Both the position numbers and the translations under genes were made by a program. DNA of 64,000 bases from an uncultured Lentisphaeria bacterium (GTDB lineage Bacteria; Verrucomicrobiota; Lentisphaeria; Victivallales; UBA1829). The stretch's first letter is position 1, and each line of letters begins with the position of its first letter. The stretch is from positions 27,324-91,323 of the forward strand of contig CASDPB010000055.1 of the NCBI GenBank assembly GCA_949282305.1, written 5' to 3'. Positions 57,671 to 64,000 of the stretch are shown in pieces. The notes beneath the pieces were generated by a model, which saw only the letters and a list, made by a program, of their open reading frames with translations, ran no database searches and was not told the origin of the DNA.

Positions 57671-59242
57671 ATGAGCAGAAAAAAAAACAGAAGAATGGTT
57701 GGTGACACTCGGGAGAATCGGGCAAGAAAACTGGCGGCGGCAAGAAATCGTTCCGGCGAGGGACAAATAGCCGCGGGGGATGATGGAATGGGGAACAATG
57801 CGACGCCGAACCGCAATCAACCGCAAAATGCGGGAACGGCGGCGGAGGATGCCTCGTCTTCCCGCAATCCAGCCGGCAATTCCAAAAGCAAAAAATCTTT
57901 CTTTTCCATGGGGAATGCCGCCAATATAGCGACGGTGGGAGGTATCGTTGTTCAAGGTGTGGAAGGGGGGATGAAAGTTATGGACTGGGTGCAAGAACGA
58001 CAAATATCTCCATATAAAGAGGACGCCGAGAGCTGGATGAACAGCGCCGTGGAGAAGGAAATTGCCATGGAGGAGATGGAGGAGCGGAATGCCGGCATCC
58101 ATGAAATCTTTGACGAGCTGGACGAACTCTCAAGGGAAGACTCCCTTTCCGGCAGTCAGAAGGAAAGAGCGCGCGAGCTGATCGAAAAGCTGAAAGGTTC
58201 CTATGACTCGAAGGATGTCAGCGTCAAGCTGGATGAGGAGACCGGGCGGATCACCGGTCTGGACAAGACGATCAGCGACCGGCTTCAGGTGGAGCATGAG
58301 AGGAAAATCAGGAATATGGAATCTCAGGTCAGCACCCTGAACACCGCGTCGCAGAAATACACCGAAGTGGCGACGAATGCGGGATGGGGAGGCGGTGGAA
58401 TCCAGTTCGGCGGCGAGGAGACCGCAAATGAGGCGAACGCGATGAAGGCGGACGTGGACAAGATTCTCAGGTCGAAGCGCAAGGAACTTCAGGCACTTCG
58501 GAAACAGGATCCCGCCGGAGATTTCAACAACCGGAGACGGCGCGAGAATGAAGAGCGGAAGGAGGAGGCGGAGAAGCGGCGGGAGGAATTCCGGCTGCGC
58601 AAAATGGAGGACGACTTCCAGTCGGAAACGGATCCGGAGAAGAAGATTGCGAACCGCCGTCAGCTGATCGAGGAGGAGGAGACGAAGCAGGCGGAGCTCC
58701 AGAAATCAATGGATGCCGCGAAAGCGGAAGTCGAGGAGCGCGCCGGGGCGAATGATGTTCCCGGACGCAATGAGGCGGAACGGCGGCTGCTGTCGCTTCA
58801 GGAGAAGATGGACGGGTCCCGGGAGAGGGTTCACGGACTGGAACAGCAGATCAGCAGTGTCCGGAGCGGACAGAACGCGCCGGGGAGCGCTGCTGCGGGA
58901 ACGGCGTCGTCTCCGTCTCCGGCTGCGTCTCCGATGGCGGCTCCGGCATCGTCTCCGTCTCCGATGGCGTCCCCGGTTCCGGCGAATCCCCGTCTGCAGG
59001 AATTTGCGTGTTTCAATTCCCCGGTTTCCTCGTTTCCTCCGGGTGCGGATGAGCAGATGCGGCAGGGGGTGGCGGCATCAATGTACGGCGGCGCCATGAA
59101 CGGCATATTTTCCGGAGGCGCCATGAATTCCGCCGGTGCGGAGGGCGGTTCGCAGATGGATATGATCGTGAAACAGCTTGGGGAGATCAAGGCGCAGATC
59201 CGGCATCTGGATGCGACCGTGTCGCAGGGCGGCGTGTTCTGA
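57671..59242 (+). CDS. coiled-coil protein, tape-measure-like (paralogous segment shared with 62660-64000)
   Basis: 523 aa. Basic disordered N-terminus, long Glu/Lys/Arg-rich helical regions, the motif LSGSQKERARELIEKLKGSYDSKDVSVKLDEETGRITGLD, an SP/A-rich stretch and a Gly/Met-rich C-terminus. Confidence 0.6.
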   Translation: MSRKKNRRMVGDTRENRARKLAAARNRSGEGQIAAGDDGMGNNATPNRNQPQNAGTAAEDASSSRNPAGNSKSKKSFFSMGNAANIATVGGIVVQGVEGGMKVMDWVQERQISPYKEDAESWMNSAVEKEIAMEEMEERNAGIHEIFDELDELSREDSLSGSQKERARELIEKLKGSYDSKDVSVKLDEETGRITGLDKTISDRLQVEHERKIRNMESQVSTLNTASQKYTEVATNAGWGGGGIQFGGEETANEANAMKADVDKILRSKRKELQALRKQDPAGDFNNRRRRENEERKEEAEKRREEFRLRKMEDDFQSETDPEKKIANRRQLIEEEETKQAELQKSMDAAKAEVEERAGANDVPGRNEAERRLLSLQEKMDGSRERVHGLEQQISSVRSGQNAPGSAAAGTASSPSPAASPMAAPASSPSPMASPVPANPRLQEFACFNSPVSSFPPGADEQMRQGVAASMYGGAMNGIFSGGAMNSAGAEGGSQMDMIVKQLGEIKAQIRHLDATVSQGGVF

Positions 59243-59513
59243 GCGCTTCCCGGAACCGGCTTTTCCGGAAACTGCGGAAGCCCCGGAAGCCCGGTTTTCA
59301 TTTGACGGCTTTTCTCTTTTTTTTCAACTCGAAATCTCATTTTTCCCCCGGTTTTCCCCCCGATTCTGTTTGACGCTCCGCGCAGGGTAAAGCAGTGAAA
59401 CGGAATCGGGCGGAAAACGGAATCAACAGCCGGAGAACGCCGTTCCGCACGGGGCGGGACGGCAGAGTTTACAAACCGCGTCGGAAACGATGCAAAAAGA
59501 AAGGATTGTCGGC

Positions 59514-59864
59514 ATGGCTAGACAGTTTGGTATCATTACAACGACAACAGGAATCTCGGGAATCGTGGTGAACTCCTTTTCCAGGAGCAAATCCGCGGAG
59601 ATCGCCGAGGCGCGCAATGAAAAAGGCGAAGTGACGGATCTCAAAGCCTACTCCAGGGGCGAAACCATTTCCGTGACCGGTCTGCTGGACACGGAATCCC
59701 TTACGATCGAACCGGGTTCCAAACTCACGCTCGGAGAGAAGGACTACATCATCGAAAGCGTGGAGCAGAGCGAGACCAACACCGGATATGCGGAGATCAC
59801 GCTTTCCGCACGCACCGCGGACAGTGCGCAGATCGACGCCTACGAAACAGAAGACGTGCCGTAA
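59514..59864 (+). CDS. hypothetical 116-aa beta-rich protein (possibly a tail-tube-like protein)
   Basis: MARQFGIITTTTGISGIVVNSF...ETISVTGLL...KLTLGEKDYIIESVEQSETNTGYAEITLSA. Alternating hydrophobic pattern and no TM helix. Alternative start at 59490. The functional label is a guess from size and gene order. Confidence 0.5.
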   Translation: MARQFGIITTTTGISGIVVNSFSRSKSAEIAEARNEKGEVTDLKAYSRGETISVTGLLDTESLTIEPGSKLTLGEKDYIIESVEQSETNTGYAEITLSARTADSAQIDAYETEDVP

Positions 59865-59987
59865 GGACGGCGCAGACAGAAACGCGGGAGCGGTGACGCC
59901 GGGGAAGCACCGCTCCGGGCTGTTGAAAAACGGCTTCCCGCTCCCGCACTTTTCCGTAAAAGAACATGCAGTCGAGGAGATTTATTC

Positions 59988-60710
59988 ATGTTTACAGAGA
60001 AACAGCTTCAAATCCTTGCCGCCTCCGATGAATTTCAGAAGCTGCTGGAGGAGGACGAACACCTCAGGGAGCTGGAGGCTTCCAAGTATGACAGACAGGA
60101 AGAGTTTGCCGGACTGATGGACGTCCTCTTCTTCCCTACCGTTATCGGACCGCTGACGGTCCGCCCGGTTACACCGGCGGTCTGGTCTTATCTCTGGGGA
60201 ATGGGAAACAGTTATACCGCGGACGTCCGGAAGGCGAATGACATGGACACCGATATTTTTCTCTATCTGGTGTCCCACGATCTGCGGGAGCTGAAATGCA
60301 CTCCGGCGGAAGTCGCCGCGGCGAGCATCGGCTACTGCGGGAAAAACGGCATCAGCCGCGAGGCCGCGGAAACGCTGCTCTGCGGAATGATCGCGCAGGC
60401 ATTCCGTCCGCTGCGGATGCTCCCGGAAACCCGCTTCAAGGGGGACGGTCCGAATGTGTTCGACGAAGACTGGCTGACGAGGCTCTGCGCAATCGTCACG
60501 CGGGAAACCCAGGAAAGGGCATCTTATGTGATGTTTGAAATGAGCCTGCACGCCTGCTGCTGTTACTTCATCCAGGCATTGAGGAAAACGGATGTGAACA
60601 ACACCATCCGCAGACGAAGCGGCGCGGAACTTTGCAGGATGATTTATGAATACACAATGAAACTCGCGGAGGGATTTCTCCGGAAGAAAGGATATGCCGT
60701 CGAAAAATGA
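59988..60710 (+). CDS. hypothetical 240-aa helical protein, paralog 2
   Basis: See 55281-56003; colinear similarity over the full length. Confidence 0.7.
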   Translation: MFTEKQLQILAASDEFQKLLEEDEHLRELEASKYDRQEEFAGLMDVLFFPTVIGPLTVRPVTPAVWSYLWGMGNSYTADVRKANDMDTDIFLYLVSHDLRELKCTPAEVAAASIGYCGKNGISREAAETLLCGMIAQAFRPLRMLPETRFKGDGPNVFDEDWLTRLCAIVTRETQERASYVMFEMSLHACCCYFIQALRKTDVNNTIRRRSGAELCRMIYEYTMKLAEGFLRKKGYAVEK

Positions 60711-60777
60711 AAACAGGGGGCAGGGCGCTTTCCGGAACTTTTTTCTTCCTCCTGCCCCCGTTGTTTTTCAGTGTCGA

Positions 60778-61230
60778 TTATCGTTTTTCAGACTGGATTT
60801 TCAGAAGTTGTCTTGTGTTGAACGCCGTTTCGGAGATGGCTTTGACAAGCTCCGAAAGCCCGAACATGATGAGAGCGTTCAGAAGTGTGGCGAAGATTAG
60901 GGGAAGCAGAGACATTCCCGCAAATATGTTTTCCTTCTGGATGCTCATCAGCACCGCGCCTGCAATGCAGAAGAGGGTCCCGGCGACGCTGAGTCCGCCG
61001 AACACGTTGAAAATGTGGGTGAGAAGCGGAACCTTGAACACTGCGGCTCCGGTTTTCGCCGGTGCCGGCGCGGGTGCGGGTGCGGGAGGAACCGGGGAGC
61101 TTTCCTGCCGCGGCTCCTGCGATTGCCCGATTGTGAATTCACGTTTGCATTTCTGGCATTCGATCTGCCGCCCGAGGTACTGCTCTTCCACTTCATAAGT
61201 CTGTTTACAGAACGGACATGTTGTGAGCAT
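60778..61230 (-). CDS. zinc-ribbon membrane protein
   Basis: 150 aa. N-terminal CPFC-x17-CQKC zinc ribbon (MJ0042-like), a PAPAPAPAPA linker and 2-3 TM helices. GGGAG RBS. Confidence 0.6.
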   Translation of the reverse strand: MLTTCPFCKQTYEVEEQYLGRQIECQKCKREFTIGQSQEPRQESSPVPPAPAPAPAPAKTGAAVFKVPLLTHIFNVFGGLSVAGTLFCIAGAVLMSIQKENIFAGMSLLPLIFATLLNALIMFGLSELVKAISETAFNTRQLLKIQSEKR

Positions 61231-61424
61231 GATTTTGTCTCCCTTTTTTTGAGTTTGTAAAATAATATAGGAGATTTATTGGAGAAAGTCAAATCTTTTT
61301 TTTGCGGGAATGTAAAAAATCTGCGGATTCCGGATTGCAATGCCGCAGCCGGGCAGACCGCGGAACGAATGGATGCCGGGTGAGGTGATTATGAAAATGA
61401 GATTGCAGTTTCTCAAACAAGGAA

Positions 61425-61901
61425 TTATAATGGTATTTCCTGGTTGTAGCGTTCCAGGATTTCATTTGCCTTATTATGGTAATTCTGCCAGAAGAGAATG
61501 GAAAACAGGCAGATGATGGCGCACAGGACACAAATGCCAAGTACAGACATTATGAAATTTTCAGCGGTGCCCCAGGGCCATCCCCAGAAATGTTCATAGG
61601 CGACCGACACGACAGGGAGGGCAAGGGCAGAGAGTCCGGTGAAGATTGCAATCTTCCGGAGGAACCATCCTTTGGCGAAATATCGGAATGCCTGGTCCAT
61701 GTCGGCTTTCCTCTCAGCGTCAGTCTGTCTTGTCATTTCTGCGATCATTTCGTTATTGACCTGAAACGGAGAGGACGTTTGCTGTTCAGGAAGGTTTTGC
61801 CGGGGACTTTTCGGCGAAACATGAAGATTAACATCGTCCGCATTGACGATGATATAATCCGTTTGTGAGATATTTTCGTTTGTAACTTTCAACTCATTCA
61901 T
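61425..61901 (-). CDS. small hypothetical membrane protein
   Basis: 158 aa. Soluble N-terminal half and two TM helices. AGGAG RBS 7 nt upstream. AT-rich. Confidence 0.55.
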   Translation of the reverse strand: MNELKVTNENISQTDYIIVNADDVNLHVSPKSPRQNLPEQQTSSPFQVNNEMIAEMTRQTDAERKADMDQAFRYFAKGWFLRKIAIFTGLSALALPVVSVAYEHFWGWPWGTAENFIMSVLGICVLCAIICLFSILFWQNYHNKANEILERYNQEIPL

Positions 61902-61994
61902 AAAATACTCCTGTTTTACTCAAAAGTAAAATAGAATGAGAAATCAAAAAATCAAGGGGCTTTGATTATGAAAAAAAATGAAAGGGAAAGTTTT

Positions 61995-62504
61995 CTACTC
62001 CTTCTGCTTTCCTGAAATTGTAATGTCGGGCGGAATGTCTTCATTGACGATGTATTTCGGTTCGCTGATGCGTTCCTCATACTCATCAATGAGGTATGGG
62101 ATCAGTGCTTTGAGACGAACATGGAACATGACGAAAAACATGGTCATTGTCAGGAAGACGCCGATCGTCAGGAATGTCGGGTTGAAGGCTTTTGCCGGTT
62201 CAAATTGTTTCCCGACGTAAATTCCCGCAGGAGCAGAAGCAATGAAAGCCAGTAAAGCGAGCCATGCCCAGAAATCCGCCCATCTGCGGCGTCTTCTGAT
62301 TCTCCGCTTCAGCTTGTAAAGTTCCGGTTCCTCAGAACCGTCGAACTCAAGATATTGGCGTGGAATCGGAGGGGGAAAGACATCATCATGATACATAATT
62401 ACGAGCAGTATGGACATGAGAAATCCGGTTGCCGGTGCAATGCACAGGAATACAACAATGATGATAAATTTCCAGGGCTGTCGGTGATACCAGCTGACTT
62501 CCAT
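61995..62504 (-). CDS. small hypothetical membrane protein
   Basis: 169 aa from MEVSWYHRQPW with an AGGAG RBS. Three to four TM helices and an RRIRRRRRW loop. The ORF track start at 62606 is less likely. Confidence 0.55.
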   Translation of the reverse strand: MEVSWYHRQPWKFIIIVVFLCIAPATGFLMSILLVIMYHDDVFPPPIPRQYLEFDGSEEPELYKLKRRIRRRRRWADFWAWLALLAFIASAPAGIYVGKQFEPAKAFNPTFLTIGVFLTMTMFFVMFHVRLKALIPYLIDEYEERISEPKYIVNEDIPPDITISGKQKE

Positions 62505-62659
62505 TACAGATTCTCCTGTGCAATGACGGTTGATTTGAAGAACGCAGATTAATATAATTCTTGATTGCGGCAACTTCAATCGGAAAAGTAAGGAAACAGA
62601 AAACATTGATCGAAAAGATGTAATAGTTTGGAAAATAAAAACATTGAAAGGAATTTAAA

Positions 62660-64000
62660 ATGGCAAACATGGATTTGGAATCCATTGTCGCCCGGTATCG
62701 CAAGGCATTGGAAAGTGTTGCCGACATTACCGGGAAAGTGGTGAGCAGGATTGCCGGAGTGACTCAAGTTCTCGGGAGAAGTATCAAAAACTTCCTGCCG
62801 AAAGGGATGAATGCCGTGTCCGGCATGGCTCGGAAGGTCGGTGGCGGTATGAAAGGGGCTTCCGGAAAGATGAAAGGGGGATTTGGAAAACTCCCGAATT
62901 ATGGAAAGGATGCCGTAGCTGGTGCCTTGATTGAACATGGCATTGAGGGTGCCAAAAAAGCGGGAAACGCTATTGCAGATATGACTGTGAATAAACCGCT
63001 CCAGGATAAATCGGACAGTCTGGCGGAGAATGTGCGCACTTCGGAAGCGATGTATGAAGCGAACGAGAAGAGGCGCAAGTCTGAAAGCGACCTGCTGAAT
63101 CAGCTTCAGGCTCTGTCATCCGAGGAGATGCTTTCCAGCAGCCAGAAGTCGGAAGCCGCCAAACTCATTGAGAAACTCGGGGAATCCTATTCGGATCTTG
63201 GCGTCAGCATTGATGAAACGACCGGCAAGATCACCGGGCTTGACGAGGCGATGCTGAAAGTCGGCAGGAAACAGCACAAGGAAGAGGTGGGAGATCTGGA
63301 ACGTCAGTTGAAAGATATGCGCGCCCAGTATGATTCCTATAATGAAATCATCAATGCGGACAGTTTCTGGAACAATCTTTTCTCCGGCGGGAAGTCCAGC
63401 GACGCGGCGATGAAAGCCGCGCAGGATCAGGCGGCGTTGACTGAGAAAATGATGGCGGTTCAGAAGAAACTGCATGATCTGAAAAAGAAGGATCCGGAAA
63501 AGGAGTTTGCCGCAAAAAAGCGGGAAACGGAAAAAAAGCAGTTCAATGCGAAATATTATGACCGGGAACATGGCGTATCCGAGGCGATCGCCAGAGCGGA
63601 ACAATCCGGTTTGTATTCGGATGAACAGCTCAGAGCCATGAAAAAATATGCCGCGGGTTACATTTCAAAGAAGAATGCGGGGGATCCGGCTTCCGAAGCC
63701 GCCTATCGGGATCTTGACAATGCCATGAAGGAAGTCGGACTTGGCGGCATGGCACGCACCGGGACGGGAGACCGGCAGTTTGATTCGAGCAGGGATCAGA
63801 TTTCCAGGCGTGAAGCGAAGTCGGAAGAAAAGGCGAATGCGTTTTTGAAGAATGAGGAGTTCAACAACAGGTATCAGGAACTCATCAACAAGGGGTTGAC
63901 CGATGAGGCGGAGCGTCTGAAACTCATCAATGAGCTTGAACAAAAAGGAATCAGGCTCAAGAAGGAGAAAATTGACGCAATCCTTGCCGAACGGAAGAAT
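62660..64000 (+). CDS. tape-measure-like coiled-coil protein, 5' part (open at the right edge; absent from the ORF track)
   Basis: An ATG at 62660 opens 447 codons with no stop up to the window end. The protein starts MANMDLESIVARYRKALESVADITGKVV and continues GGMKGASGKMKGGFGKL. It also contains LSSSQKSEAAKLIEKLGESYSDLGVSIDETTGKITGLDEAML, with long helical Lys/Glu-rich sequence thereafter. Confidence 0.65.
   Translation, partial: MANMDLESIVARYRKALESVADITGKVVSRIAGVTQVLGRSIKNFLPKGMNAVSGMARKVGGGMKGASGKMKGGFGKLPNYGKDAVAGALIEHGIEGAKKAGNAIADMTVNKPLQDKSDSLAENVRTSEAMYEANEKRRKSESDLLNQLQALSSEEMLSSSQKSEAAKLIEKLGESYSDLGVSIDETTGKITGLDEAMLKVGRKQHKEEVGDLERQLKDMRAQYDSYNEIINADSFWNNLFSGGKSSDAAMKAAQDQAALTEKMMAVQKKLHDLKKKDPEKEFAAKKRETEKKQFNAKYYDREHGVSEAIARAEQSGLYSDEQLRAMKKYAAGYISKKNAGDPASEAAYRDLDNAMKEVGLGGMARTGTGDRQFDSSRDQISRREAKSEEKANAFLKNEEFNNRYQELINKGLTDEAERLKLINELEQKGIRLKKEKIDAILAERKN

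Noticed and set aside
58880-58990. Imperfect repeat tcgtctccgtctccg...ccgatggcg encoding SSPSPAASPMAAPASSPSPMASP, and the gcgggt hexamer run at about 61055-61085 encoding (PA)5, considered as phase-variable simple sequence repeats
   Set aside because: The units are multiples of 3 nt, short and imperfect. Slippage would only change linker length and would not switch the frame. They are more simply explained as low-complexity linkers.
63116-63943. Minus-strand ORFs 63116-63604 and 63665-63943 listed in the ORF track
   Set aside because: They lie antisense to the 447-codon open-ended plus-strand frame starting at 62660. That frame has a paralogous block in 57671-59242 and coherent coiled-coil composition. 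The track omits it only because it has no stop codon inside the window.
1-64000. Scan for rRNA, tRNA, CRISPR arrays, transposases, integrases and att-like direct repeats at the island border near 54943-55280
   Set aside because: I saw no cloverleaf-like sequences in the intergenic regions and no regularly spaced short repeats. No ORF resembles a DDE or serine/tyrosine recombinase. Without tools a degenerate tRNA fragment or short att site could be missed.

Overview
This 64-kb window comes from a moderately GC-rich diderm bacterium. Three things suggest the PVC superphylum (Lentisphaerota/Verrucomicrobiota-like), which is inference only: an H-X9-DG (DUF1559) prepilin-like protein, a compact E-DUF2764-A-B-D-I-K V-type ATPase operon, and a heavy glycoside-hydrolase load.

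Ordinary content, in order:
- Left edge through ~3.8 kb: metG 5' end, pepF, an ECF sigma/anti-sigma pair and rpsT.
- 4.1-11.7 kb: a nusA-infB-rbfA-nrnA-truB translation operon, extended by an acidic His/Cys-rich protein.
- 11.9-14.2 kb: an MTHFR-like fusion protein and a dehalogenase-fold hydrolase.
- 14.4-21.8 kb: the V-ATPase operon.
- 21.8-30.1 kb: a glycan-utilisation stretch with a GHL6-like enzyme, a GH89-like enzyme and a CBM9-like lipoprotein, plus AraC and IclR regulators.
- 35.8-45 kb and 52.7-55 kb: further glycan genes, namely two clan GH-D alpha-galactosidase-like enzymes, a LacI-like regulator and a pseudopilin next to a 1292-aa LamG protein.
- 49.4-52.5 kb: obg, rpmA and a MATE pump.

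Four places deserve a second look:
1. 30.3-35.6 kb: a secretin gene is translationally coupled to a MacA/MacB-type adaptor, ATPase and FtsX-permease set. No pilus or T2SS partners and no TolC-like gene are nearby.
2. 45.0-48.9 kb: an ABC exporter, a HlyD adaptor and an AmmeMemoRadiSam-type radical SAM enzyme sit in one tight operon, without the usual AMMECR1 and Memo partners.
3. 55.3-64 kb: an uncharacterised region is built from two copies of a three-part module. Each copy has a 240-aa helical protein on the + strand, AT-rich small membrane-protein genes on the - strand, and a long coiled-coil tape-measure-like protein on the + strand. A 116-aa beta-rich protein lies between the copies.
4. 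56.16-57.63 kb, inside the first module: a 740-bp tandem duplication has near-identical flanks and a replaced transmembrane core.

I found no rRNA, tRNA, CRISPR array, transposase or integrase. Many long ORFs in the supplied track are antisense shadows of real genes and were discarded.
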